The notes under the pieces were generated by a model. The model was given only the letters and a program-made list of their open reading frames with translations. It had not been told where the DNA came from and made no database searches. A stretch of DNA of 64,000 nucleotides from the human T2T-CHM13v2.0 reference genome, Homo sapiens: the NCBI RefSeq assembly GCF_009914755.1, contig NC_060927.1. The stretch is one strand, 5' to 3'. Of the stretch, positions 13,183-32,389 are shown in pieces. The position numbers and the translations under genes are program-made. Position 1 is the stretch's first letter; each line of letters begins with the position of its first letter.

Positions 13183-15090
13183 ATAGACACATGCTTTTCT
13201 GCTCAAAGCTATAGTGAGGATGTGTTTAATGTATGTGAAGATGGTCTCAAGTGAATGTAAAACACTATATAAAAATTTTAACTTAACACTATAAATTTAA
13301 AAAAGGCTTTTCACCTAAATCAGTATTGAAGTATTGTTAATATGACTATTGTTTTATTTGTACTGGTACTAAGTAGGTTTGAATGAGCAGAAATAATTTA
13401 GTGCAGATAGTCAATCTGTGGATGCTGCATAGATTCCCATAACCAAGTAATTTCCTCAGGAATCTACCACTTATCGAGCACTTAGTAAGTGTTAAGCACT
13501 CTTCTAAGCATTTTATATGTACTAACTCATTGAATCCTTACAAAATTCAATGAAAATACTGAGATACAGAGAGGGAATTTTCCCAAAAAGGCAAATGCAG
13601 GGATTCTGGATCCAGAGTCAGTGTTCTTCAGTGCTATGCAATGCTACAGCTACATTTAAAGAATGATGGTCCTAGTTTGTTGCAGCATGAAGTATCTGGA
13701 TATTGAGGCTACCAACCATAGTTCCTATTCCTTCACATTTCCCTGCAAATTCCTATTCCACATTTATTAAGCATCTCCTATGTTTAAAATGATAAAGATT
13801 TTATGCTAAGATTCTATTACTGGAAAAGAAAAGTCAATTGGAGAAGAAATGTCACATCAGTGAATTAAGAGATGAGAGATTAATTTCAGGTCAGGGTGAG
13901 AGTTGATGATGTGTTGTGGGATTAGGTTGGAAAGAGTCATGAAACACCCTGCTAAGGAGCCTGGCCTTCTGGGCCAGGGGCCTAGGCCCAAGGGCCTAGA
14001 ACAATGGCCCAAGAGGGCTACTGAAACTTGGAGTGTGTGTAGTTACAAAATGATCAAAGTAGCAATTATATTTTCATGGAGAGGTCAGACATTGAATACT
14101 AATTACAGGTATCTTGAGTGCTATAATGAAAGGTAGAGCCTGCAGTGGTGGGACCAAGGGTGGCTTCAACAAAAATACAAATTAAATAAAAATCATACTT
14201 TTTAAGCAAATGTAGCTTTAATATACTTTTCCAGGGTACTCCCCTGGTTCCTTGTCCCAATATCTCCTCCATTAAAAAAATCACCACCCTAGGTCCCTGT
14301 TTATAGGGAAATTCTGGAGCTTTTACTAGTATAGTGCTATGAGATTATAAAAAGGAAGACAAAATCTGGTAAGCAGGAACTTAGAGAAAGCTTCTGAGAG
14401 GAAGTGGCTTTTTAAGCTGAAAGATTAGAATAGGCATTGACTAAGGCAAAATTTGGAAGAAGGCAGGCAGAGACAATACAGGCTAAGATCTCCAAAGAAC
14501 TGAGAGAATTCAACATGACAAGAGTTGTAGAAGCAGAGGGGTGTAGTGTGAGATGGTGCAGGGCCATAACAGGCCATATTAAGAATAATGGATTTTATTT
14601 TAAGAGAAATAGGAAATGGATTTTATTTTAAGAGAAACAGGAAACAGCTGTTAAGCATAATCACATTTTGTGATTTAAAAAAAAATCATCTAGGAGATGG
14701 GATTGGAGAATTTCGCTTACACAATATCAAAGACTAAGATAACTTAAAAACTTTGACCCCTGAAAACACCTGGAAATGCTGGGTAAAATGCAATATATTT
14801 GAGGACACAGCTGAGCTTACAAGAAAGAAAAGGCAATCTCCAAGTGACACAACCAAAAGGAAACTTAAAAGAGGGGTTCAACACGTACTGATTCCTCGGT
14901 CACCCTGGGAAAGTTGCTATCTCTAATTAAAGGGCTTAGATTTTATTATGTATGTAGGCTGAGTGAAACAGACTGTCAACACCCCTCCATCTCTCCCCCA
15001 ACACATAAAGCTAGAATCTATTAAAGGTCTGCATACATTAGTGAATGCATGGACTAAAAAAGTTTTCTAAGGATGTGAAGCCCGTGGACT

Positions 15091-15252
<162 letters not shown>

Positions 15253-17216
15253 CTACAACCTAGTCCACAGATTTTATTCAGAAGGAAAAATAAGTTCCAT
15301 GAAGGATGAGCTCACAATAAAAAATTAGAAAATATGTGAGCAAACAATCAAAAGTCAGCAGATACAACAAATATCAGAATTAGAGTGCTTATAATTGCTA
15401 AAAATAGAGAAAACATTAAGTGACAGGTTACATAGGCTATGATATAACCAAGGATAGAATGAGTGAACTGGAAGATAGAACTGACGAAATGATATGGAAA
15501 GAATGTAGCTAAAAAGATGGAAAATATGAAAAAGGAGTTAAGAGACACAGGTTATACACAATGTGAATTCCATCAGGGCAGAATATTGGTTTTGGTCACT
15601 GAGGCATCCCAAGGGCCTAGAACAAGATCTAGCACAGTTGTTCCTGAATATTATTAGTTAAATCAAAGCCCAACAATTACGAGATATTGCATAAGGAGAG
15701 AATGGGAAAAAGGCAATATTCAACAAGCCAATAATTTTTCATAATAAAAAGCATGAATATTTATAAGCATAGTGAATCCCAAGCAGGATAAATTATTGAC
15801 TTCCACTTCTGCCTATAAAGTCCTCTACTATGGGACTTGTTCAGCCACTACAAGCAAAAAAGATGGAAAATATTAATCAACTGTTTTCAGAAATTGTGCA
15901 ATAGCTAGTATAAGATTATGATTCCAGAGAGAAGGAAAATAAGCAGTGAGCCCCATGTTCTTCCTATATTTCTTCCCAACGTAGTTTCAGAATTGTGGGA
16001 CAAGGAGTGAGAATCCAGAGTCCAGTAATATCATTGAGTTGAAGAGACAGACTGAAGTTTGGAGAGGCCGCAGATGTAGAATTTGCTAGCAGAGTAATAG
16101 ACGGGAAAGAGCTATGCAGAGAAAGAGCTCCAGAATTCTGTCTCCTGAATGTTGACTGAATACTAATCCATGCATGTGTAGGATGAAACTTCATGTAACT
16201 ATGGAAAGAACTACAGAGTGAAGAACAATTACAGGGAGTTGTGAGCCAAACAACACTCAAAAGTAATACTTTGAACAGGCTTGGGCAACCAGCAGCCAGA
16301 ATGGATAGACCTTGTTGAATAAATGAGACATTCAGTGAAAACCCCAGATGCTTCACATCTTCGTACTGGGGGTAAACGAGCATAGAGTAAAAGCTCCCAA
16401 AGATCTGCCCCAAAAAACTTAAAAGCAAGCCTAATAAAGATCAAGCTGATCTCTAACAAACTTAATTGCCTGACAAAACGAAGTTAACTCTTTAAAAGAA
16501 TACAAGAAGATATAGCTTATACAAATGTAAAATTCCCAATATACAGTATCCAATTTAAAAAGTTACAAGATATACAAGGCAGGAAAGTATAATAATCGAC
16601 TAAAAGAAAAATAGGCCAATAAAAGTTGATCCAGAAATGACAGAGATAATGGAATCGGCAGATAGGGGTGTTAAAATAGTTATTCTGAACATTATAAATA
16701 TGCTCTAGAATATAAAACATGAACACAATAAAGAGACAAATAAAATATATATATAAAATAAAGAACCAAATGGAATTTCTAGAGGTAAAAAAAAAAATAC
16801 AATATCATGACAGAAAAAATACACTGGATAGGATTAATAGACGATTTAACAAAGCAGAAGAAACTATCCAAAATGAAGCCCAGAGGGAAGAAAAGACTAA
16901 AACTCACAAGAGAAATCAGAAAATACTTTAGACTAAATGACAACATATAAAAATCTGTAGGGTGCAGCTAATAGAGTGCTTAAAGGAAAACTTACAGCAT
17001 TAAAAATACATTAAAATAAGAGAAGTCTTAATTCATAGTACCTTAAGAAGTTAGGAAAGGGCAAATTAAATCCAAAGTAGACGGAAGAATGTCAAAGAGT
17101 AGGAATCAATGAAATAGAGAATGAATAAAAAAGAGAGAAATCACTGAAACTAAAAACTGGTTCTTTGAAAGTCATAAACTTCTATTTAGACTGATCAAGA
17201 AGAAAGCACAAATAAT

Positions 17217-17724
<508 letters not shown>

Positions 17725-18997
17725 TTATCAATATCAGGAATGAAAAGAGAGGAGGATAACTACAGCTCTTACATGTAAGACAAAAAGTACAAGGGAATAT
17801 TATGAATAACATGTCTAACAATTTGATAACTTAGATGAACAAAGTCCTTGTATAACACAAATTAGCAAAACTGTCTAAAGAAACAGAAAACTTAAAACAT
17901 CTCTACATCAACTTTAAAAATGAATTCGTAATTTAAAACGTTTCTAAAAACAAAAGTCCTAGCACAAATAGTCTCACTAGTGTGTCAAACATTCAAGAAA
18001 GATTATCAATCTACACAAACTGTTTCAGAAAAGAGGAGGTGGAAAGACTTGTGAACCCCTTTTATGAGGCTGGTATTATTACTCTGATAACCAAAGCTAG
18101 AAAAAATTTAAGAAACCACAAGAAAACTATAGACCAATAACTCTCACAAACGTAGATGTGAAGATCTTTAACAAAATATTAACAAATAAAATTCAGCAAT
18201 ATACAAAAATGATGTTATGACCGAGTGATGGATTTATCCCATTAACTCAAGGTTGGTTTAACATGGGAAATCCATTTATTTAACTCACCATATTAAGAGA
18301 ATAAAGGAGAAAAAAATATCATCTCAATAAAGTAACTGACAAAGTTCAACAGTCACTCAAGATTAAAAAAAGAAAAAAGGAAAAAAACCTCCCAGCAAAG
18401 AAGGAATACAAGGAAATGTCTTTAGTCTGAGAAAGGTTATTAGTGATCACTTACAGCTAATATCACAGTAATGCCCTAGGACCAAATGCTTCCTCCCAAA
18501 GTCGAGAAAAAGGCAAAGATAACTGCTCTTCTCACCCCTATTCAACATTATGGAGGAAGTTCTAGTCAGTGCAGTAAAGCAAGAAAAGACATGCAAAATA
18601 GAAAGACAGAAGTAAATTGTCTTTACGTGCAGACTTTAATTAAGATCATATACAAAAAAAAATCCTAATGGAACTGCAAAACATGGTAGTAGAACTAGTG
18701 AATGAATTTAGCAAGGTCTAGATATGAAAATCAATTGTATTCCATAAACTAGCAGCAAAATAACAGAAAATTAAAAATAATACATTTATAATAAGTCAAG
18801 AATATGAAATGCTAAGGGACAAACTAACAAAATATGAAGAAAAATTAGAATGACTAGACTTCTCAACAACAAAATCAAGCCTGTAAGAAAATTAGTAACT
18901 CTTAACCTATACCTCAGGAATGAGGGCAAAATTGAATTCATTTTAAGGAAAACACAGAATTTGACCCTTATCAAAATGACATAAAGAAAAAGCAGAG

Positions 18998-19400
18998 TAG
19001 TTTCTTAGTTCATTTGTGTTGCTATAAAGGAATACCCGAAGCTGGATAATTTATAAAGAAAAAATGTTTATTTGGCTTACAATTCTGGTGGCTGGAAGAC
19101 TGGGCATGAGGTGAAAGCCTCAGGCTGCTTCCACTCATGGTAGAAGGCAAAGGGGAGCTGGCATGTGCAGAGATCACACGGCAAGAAAGGAAGCAAGAGA
19201 GAAGTGGCACTAGGCTCTTTTAAACAACCAGCTGTCTTGGGAACTAAATGAGTGAGAGCTTACTTATCCCCTCCTCCCAGTGAGGGCATTAATTCATTCA
19301 TGAGGGACCTGTTCCCATGACCCAAACACCTGCTATTAGATCCCCCAGCAACACTGGGGATCAGATTTCAACATGGGATTTGGAGGAACCAAATTGTAGC
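18998..19400. mobile_element. MST-type (ERVL-MaLR) solo LTR
   Basis: ttagttcatttgtgttgctataaaggaatac...tttcaacatgggatttggagg. Confidence 0.8.
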
Positions 19401-19818
19401 AGATATAAAGCAAAAAAAATCAATAAAAGCAAAATTATAGCAGTTATCACAATACATGTACACTTAACAATTCCCAAGGGAGAAAAATTAAACAGATTCA
19501 AGAAGAATTAGAGAACGTGTAAGACTTATAATTATTAAAAAACTAGTACAAAATTTCCCCATGAAAACATAGAAAGATAAGATGGTTTTGGTGTCAAGTT
19601 CACCAAACCCTCAACAGGTGCAATTTGTTCCCACAGAGCAAAAAAAGAAAACATTGCTAGTATAGCCTTGATACCGAAAATAGGTGTATACAAGAAATTA
19701 TATAGGCAAATTTTACTCATGATCATAGATACAAAAAATCCTAAACAAAATTGTTGGCCAGGCGCAGTGGCTCACGCCTGTAATCCCAGCACTTTGGGAG
19801 GCCAAGGCAGGCGAATCA

Positions 19819-20077
<259 letters not shown>

Positions 20078-20827
20078 TTAAAAAAATTATGACTTAGAAG
20101 ACAACAGAAGAGAAAATAGACAAATTGGATTCAATAAAATTTCAGAACTATTGTACATCAAAGGACACTATCAACAGAGTAAAAAGGCAACCAACAGAAT
20201 GGGGGAGGACATTTGGAAATCACATATCTGATAAGGGACTAATATCTAATATATATAAAAACTAAAACACAACAACAAAAAACAACCTATTGGATTTGAA
20301 TAGACATTTCTTCAAAGATATACAAACTTAAATGTTCATTGATGGATAAAGAAAATATGTATACATACAATGAGATGTTACTCAACCTTAAAAAGGAATA
20401 AAATTTTGATACATGCTATAACATGGATGAACCTTGCGATTATTATGCTAACTAAGCCAGACACAAAGGACAAATATCCTATGATTCCATTTCTGTGAGG
20501 TACCTGGAACAGTCAAATTCATAGAGATAGAAAGTAAAAGTAGTGGTTACCAGAGGTTGGGAGAGAGGGGAGAAGAGAGAGTGATTGTTCAATGGGTATA
20601 GAGTTTTAGTTTGGGAAGAAGAAGTAGTTCTGGAAAAGGGTAGTGATGGTTGCACAATCATGTGAATGTACTTAATGCTACTGAACTTTACAAATAAAAT
20701 GATCAAAATGGTCAGGTGTGGTGGCTCATGCCTGTAATCCTAGCACTTTGGGAGGTAAGATTGGACGATTGCTTGAGGCCAGGAGTTTAAGACTGGCCTA
20801 GGAAACATAGCCAGTCCCCATCTCTAC

Positions 20828-20861
<34 letters not shown>

Positions 20862-22265
20862 AGCCAGGTGCAGTGGTGCAAGCTTGTAGTCCTAGGTAAA
20901 GGGGATCCTTTGAACCCAGGAGTTTGAGGCTACAGTGAGTTATGATTGGCCACTGCACTGCAGCCTGGGTGACAGAGTGAGAATAAAAAAACAAAAATAA
21001 AATTTAAAAAGATCAAATGATAAATTCTATGTATATTTACCACCCCTACCAACACACAAAAAAATTGTGACTATACAATATACCCAGCATAAAGCTAAAC
21101 AAATAAAGCAATGCAAAGAAGCCCATTCTATGACAAAGCTAGGAATATTCAGCAGTGGGGAAAGAAGACATTAGTCAATGAATTGTGCTGGGACAACTGG
21201 TTATCCTCATGGGAAAAAATAAAATTAGATCCCTAGTCCTCAAAATAAATGCCATATGGTTTAAAGACCTTAAAGTGAAAAACAAAAATGTACAAATTAT
21301 AGACAAAATCTTAAGGAAGAAGGTGGTAGACGATACTAATATTTAAAACTCCTAAATATCAAAGGGAATTATAAGCAAGGTATAAAAAAGGGCAGAGATT
21401 GAGGAAAGATACTTAGAATACTTGTCAACAGAAAAAAAGGAATAGTGTGTAGACTATATAAAAAATCCATAGTTTTACATTCTATTAGAAAAGCAGGCAA
21501 AAGATATAATAATTCATAAAGGAAGAAATGAGAATAATAAACACTTGAATTCTCATAAATAAATCAATCAGATACAAGTTCATAGTAATTAAAACAAAGA
21601 AATAATTTCATACTTCCTGGCTTGGCTAATTTTAATGTCTAATAAAACTAAGTGATCGACAGTGTGTGGTGCTACTGGAACTTAGAAACTGCTATTAGGA
21701 GAGTGATATACTCCTTATAACAGAATTGGTGGAACCACTGTAGGAAGCAATTTCCTAACTAATAGTAAAGTTAAAGTTCAATATACTCTACAACCAAGCA
21801 ACTCCACTTCTAGGTATTAACTTTATAGAAAGTTAAGCACTTTAAGTGTACAAAGATGCAGAATATTCACTGCAGCACTAATTTGTAAATAATAAAGTGG
21901 AAATGAATTGTGTCTCAAAAGAAGAAATGAATAAGTCTGATTTATATAATAAACTGTACAATGATGAAAATAATCTACATCTGCCAACACGGATAAATCT
22001 CAAAAACAATATTGAGTTAAAAGTCAGTTGTAAAATGATGTGTACAATATTCCTATAAAATGTTAAGATATAAAACAATACTTAAAAGCCTATGAACAAA
22101 TATGACAGCAAGACTATAGGAACACTAAAAATACAAACAATTCAACACTGATTTTAGGATAATGATTGACTTTGGGGATGAAGGGAAGGTAAGGATCAAA
22201 GCTAGATCAGAGTGTCAGACCAGAATGATCTTTAAGGCAAAAGTAAAGTACTCAATGGTCTAGAG

Positions 22266-22972
<707 letters not shown>

Positions 22973-23464
22973 TAGTGTTTCCATGAAATTAAAGAATAAG
23001 TATGAAGGGAGTAGTAAGAAAAAAAAAACTTAAAAATTAAGAGACTGTGATGGAAGACTAGGGTGTATGAATCAGTGATGTGGCGGATAGAAAAATTTGG
23101 GATGATGAAAAGGATTTTGGCTCTGACTGACATAGAATACAGAAAGATAGGGAGATAACAGCCAAGAAAATCTGAGATATCAGGATTAGAACAGTCCCTC
23201 AATAAAATTATAATTTGTTAATCATGAACTGGGAGATTACACAGAGATAAGTTGGGAGAGAGAAGTGTTAGGTTGAAAGTATGGAGGGGAAGCTGAGAGT
23301 TTTATAGCAATGACTACTGAAAATACTAAGGATTAACTCACCTAGAACACCCCCCCCTCAAAAAAGAGAATACCAAGGGGAGGGGAGAGGAAATGTCCAA
23401 GGATGAGAATAGTGAAGACAGAGAGATACTCTATTTTTGATATTTAAAGAATAGAAGGAAAGCA

Positions 23465-24848
<1,384 letters not shown>

Positions 24849-25027
24849 TTAACTTACTCTTCCCTACCAAGTTATGGTAAAACACACCAATTTTAAATGT
24901 TCTCACTTCAGTTTTTTTAAATCAAATGTTTATATTTCAGAAAAAACTCATTCTTGAACAAAGCTCCATAACCTTATTCCCCCCGACATGTATCATTAAA
25001 AATAAGTTCCCACAAACCAAATACTTA

Positions 25028-25246
<219 letters not shown>

Positions 25247-25250
25247 TTAA

Positions 25251-25553
<303 letters not shown>

Positions 25554-26154
25554 TGAAATATTAATTATAACAGAACACTTTACTAAAACTTAAAATTCTT
25601 CTAGGATAGCTTGGGCATAATAACTTTGTTTAACCATGGAATTTCATTTTAGTCATACCTTGCTATTTGGAATCAAGTCCTCTCTCTTTCAATACCAAGG
25701 TTTATTATCAAGTCTCTTCCTATAGTCTTATAAAGCCGCTAAAACTCCTTCTATTAAATAAATGAGAATTCTAAATAACAGCCTCTGTGTACACCAGGAG
25801 AAAAGCTAGCATGTAAAAAAGTTACTCAGTGTTTTTCCCATCATAAACATCCAAGTTATTATACTTTGAAGTTACACCTATATTGGGAGGCAAATGTCCA
25901 ACACATAGTAAAGACACTGCAAAACAATCTCCTCAAATAGCTTTAAAAAGCAAACTGTATCCCCAAAAAAGTAAAAACTATAACTGTGAAATGATTGTAT
26001 ACTAAGAGCCATATGCTCCAGTGTTATCTGGGTTTTATAGTCTGTCCTTTTTGTTCCCACATAAATATACTGTACTGTATTAATTATTCCAACTTTCAGT
26101 TTGAGAAATATGTTGTTTGGAACAATATCAGATCAGTTGCTATATTCTGGAAAA

Positions 26155-26960
<806 letters not shown>

Positions 26961-27121
26961 GTGAACAACAACAAAAAAATCCCAACTTTTTCTGGACATT
27001 TTTAAATGTACACAAAGATGGCAATAACAGTATAATAAACTCTGAGTTACCCAGGTCCAATAATTATCAACACTTTGACAATCATGTTTGATTTATTCTA
27101 ACATCATTATAGCATTTTTGC

Positions 27122-27437
<316 letters not shown>

Positions 27438-28228
27438 TAAAAAAGATACTTGCCTGCTACCACTGACTAACTGGCCGATTTAGAAAGTTGGTTTGGTTTT
27501 TAAGGTTTTAATCTCCTTACAAACAAAATAAGCATCATAACACCTATACTTCACAGAATTGTTCTGAGGATCAAATAAAATGATGTGACAATATTTTGAA
27601 AATGATACAACTTGACTATAAATGTTAGTTTTACTTGTATTAACTAAAATTGCCAAATGAGAATCTTTGTGGACAGGTGTAGGTTGTATTACGAACATTT
27701 GAACTATGCCTACTTTTGATCTAATAAAATATTTTCTGAGCCAGTTTTTAGAGATGTCGTACAAAAGAATACTAAGCCTATCAATTGAGGAAATCTTCAC
27801 TAACTAGAAGATTATTTTAAATCACGGTTCCTGTCAAATTTAATATAAAACAAGGCCATTAAAATAACAAGTCACTGGATTCAAATTTGATTTCACTTTC
27901 AAGGGGATACTTCAGTTAAGTGTATAAAAGCTACTTCAATTCAACCTAAGTCTACAAAAAAGTCCCTCTGTCCCCTTGGGAGTCCTAATTTACTGAAAAT
28001 AAAAATTCTGTCTCCATAACAAGCAATCTCTGAATTAGGTCAGAGCAATACAACTGTGATTTCCACACCCAGCCCCCCACTGTTTAATCAGACCATAACT
28101 TCCACCAAAGAGAGACAGATGGTAAGTCTCCAACCTCCACCAGAGAAACAGATGGTAAGTATAGTATATAAGCATCAGGAGTGATCATTTATCACGAACA
28201 TTAAAAATACAGGTAAACAAGTAGATCA

Positions 28229-29074
<846 letters not shown>

Positions 29075-29266
29075 TTACTTTGTGGAAATTTGAATTTCAA
29101 GAACTTTAGAATTCAAACTAAAAAAGTGAATGACCAAAAGGTCATTCTGTAGTTTTCCTACATTATAAAATCTGTAAATAAAAATCTGGGAACTTAAATA
29201 TTACCATCTATTTACTTGTCAGTGATCAACTGATGGCTTATATCTGACATGTGAAAGAATCTTGTA

Positions 29267-29479
29267 CAGGTTCAGTATCCCTAATCTGAAAATCTGAAAT
29301 CCAAAACTTTTTTAGTGCAGTCATGATGCTCCAAGGAAATGCTAACTGGAGGGTTTTGGATTTCAGATTTTCAAATTAGGGATGATGAACTGATATAATG
29401 TAAATATTCCAAAATTTAAAAAATAAATCCAAAACACTTCTGGTCCCAAGCATTTTGGATAAGGGACATTCAATCTTTA
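29267..29479. mobile_element. Tigger4a/MER46-like MITE
   Basis: ta-caggttcagtatccct ... aagggacattcaatct-tta terminal inverted repeats. Confidence 0.75.
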
Positions 29480-29499
29480 TAATCTTTAAAAACATTATA

Positions 29500-29796
<297 letters not shown>

Positions 29797-30587
29797 TTAT
29801 AACAGGCTTTTATGTGCTCTTGGTTTAAAGAAAATGAATAGTCTATATGTATCATTGAGTACAGATTCAGAGAAGTAGAACCGCATATTCCAAAGTGGGA
29901 CAAATGAGAAAGTGGGAGCTAAGTTGTTCTTTGAAAAATAAATAAGATTTGAATAACTAGAAAGCTTCTCAGGTAAGAAATATAATTTGTATTTTAAGGA
30001 AAAGTGGGGCTATGTCTGGTTTTGCTTATTCAAATACTATCCTGCCTTCGACGTCTGGTTTTGCTTATTCAAATACTATCCTTTCTTCAATGCTTGGTTC
30101 AAGTGGAGGAGATTGACACTTGAGAACATGGACATATCAATTTAAAAGTAGTAAGAAAGGGATGGCTTTGGAGTTCAACTTTGATTTTAAATGCTAGCTG
30201 TTAACATCTAGACTTCTTCATGTGAGATATTTTACCTTCTTGAGTTCCTATAAAACAGGACTAACTGTACTTATAGTCCTAGGTTGTTGTGAGGGTTAGG
30301 TGAGATTATGCACATAAAATGCCTAACATAGAGCTTGACACGTAGTAGCAATCAGTAAATTGCTGCCATAGTTATAGCCAAAGATTCAGATTACAGATTT
30401 GACACAATAAATATATTTTAACACTCTATTACTCTGTGTAAAATAAACAGATTTGCTTTGAGCAGAATACCAGATGAACAAATTTAAAAAGTTAAAAAAA
30501 AAGAATTAGATAAATTTAATTGTATTATTTGTTCTCAAAGACCTTATTTTGCCCTTAATAATATTTTTAGATTTTCACTTGAATTAC

Positions 30588-30646
30588 CTTCTATTTGAAA
30601 TGATTCTCCTTGTCCTGGAAGTTCAGTTTCTTCAAGAGGAATTTGC
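30588..30646 (-). CDS. SGO1: SGO1 59-nt exon (QIPLEETELPGQGESFQIE)
   Basis: ttctaag acceptor, G|gtaatt donor, phases fit. Confidence 0.95.
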
Positions 30647-31451
30647 CTTAGAAAATACCAATGAAAAACAGAAATTTAACAATTATGTAATAAAAACAAA
30701 TTCAGTATTTTCCTAAATTATAATTTTTCTTTCCTTTAGTATCATTTCATAATTCGATTTCAAATCAATACATCTATTCTGTATCAAAGGAAACCAAAGG
30801 ACACTTATGCTGATTACAGGGAGACTGATTTGTTATGACTGACATTCAATTCCCACTTGAAGAACCAACCTATCAAGTTGGAGAGTTCCACCTGAAAACA
30901 CATTATATAACTCAATTTAACTACGGAAACAGCCCATGAGAATTAATTTGTTAAATGTTTTTTAAAAAATGTAGTTTGATCACTCAACTCTTTAGGAGCC
31001 TGCTTTATCATTAGCAGAGCTGTGATTTGTTGGTAATATATGCTTTTATGGTGCTTAACTATTGAACTCTTCTGAAGTTAACATTGTTCATTTTCTTTAC
31101 AAATGTTGTTCTTTGGTTCATGAAACATGAAGTGTTCTTTATACTCTAACACTATTACTGGCAGTTTCATTCTAATTGTAATTTTATTCTTTATTCTCTG
31201 TAGAGAATTTTCTACTCTAGACATTAAACAGATTTAGGTAAGTAATGGCTGTGGTAAATAATAACTACTTTAGAAATCTTCTACAAATTCAATTACCTTA
31301 TCTTACCTTTTGCCCACAACAGATCTTAAAGTACAACAGTTTAAAAACTACTAATGATTAAAAGTAATCTATGGTGATAGAAATCATCTTAGTGGTTACT
31401 TCTGTGGAGAAGGGGATGGACTTGATAGGCATACGAAAGAACTGTCTATGG

Positions 31452-31645
31452 CAGTAGTTCTCATCCAAGGGCAATTATGCTCTCCAGGGAACATGCCACA
31501 ATATCTGAAGTCATTTTTTGTTCTCCTGATGATGTTACTGGGATTCACTGGGTGGAGGCTATGGATGCTGCTAAACATCCCATCATGCACAGACAGCTCT
31601 CTACAACAAAGAATTATCTGGCCCACAATGTTAACAGTGAAAACA
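31452..31645. mobile_element. MER20-like hAT MITE
   Basis: cagtagttctca...ggatgctgctaaacatcc...aagaattatctggccc. Confidence 0.78.
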
Positions 31646-32235
31646 CTATGTCTTCATTGAAATTTTAGTTCCACGATATATACATTAGTCAAACTCATCA
31701 AATTGTAACTGTGATCTGTGCATTTTACTGTTTATAATTAAATCTTAATAATTCATAAACAAACAAAGTACATTTGATCCAAGAGAAGGGGAGGAGGGTA
31801 TATGGGATCTAGAAAAATGAACTGGATCAGCGAGACAATGGGACAACTGTGTTAAATATGATATTTTATTTATTTATTTATTTATTTATTTTCTGAACCA
31901 GACTATTCAGAGGGCTGGCAAAACATCTCATTTCAATAGCTAATCCTTCTTAGAATAAAAACATGGTACACGGAAAAGTATGACTGAAGGAAAGTATGAA
32001 GTAGAATTAAAAACTGTGGTAAGGCTTCTTTTTCCTAGGCATCAAAAAAGGAGTGAAATATAAGAAAAAGAAGGGTTTAGCTTGGCTATATGTAATAGAA
32101 TTTCAACACATCAAATTCTCTTAAATATATTCTCAGTAGAGAAAGCAACAGACTACAAATATAAGAGTTGACATGATGCACATTTCCTGTCATAAATGAA
32201 TCACAGAATTAAACCTTTCTTAGTATTAATAATCA

Positions 32236-32337
<102 letters not shown>

Positions 32338-32389
32338 TTAATGTATTAAAACAAAACACTGTTATAACTGAAGTATTCATAAGAAAGCA

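Noticed and set aside
15964-16428. 154-aa minus-strand ORF
   Set aside because: Antisense to an L1 remnant, non-ATG start, no domain
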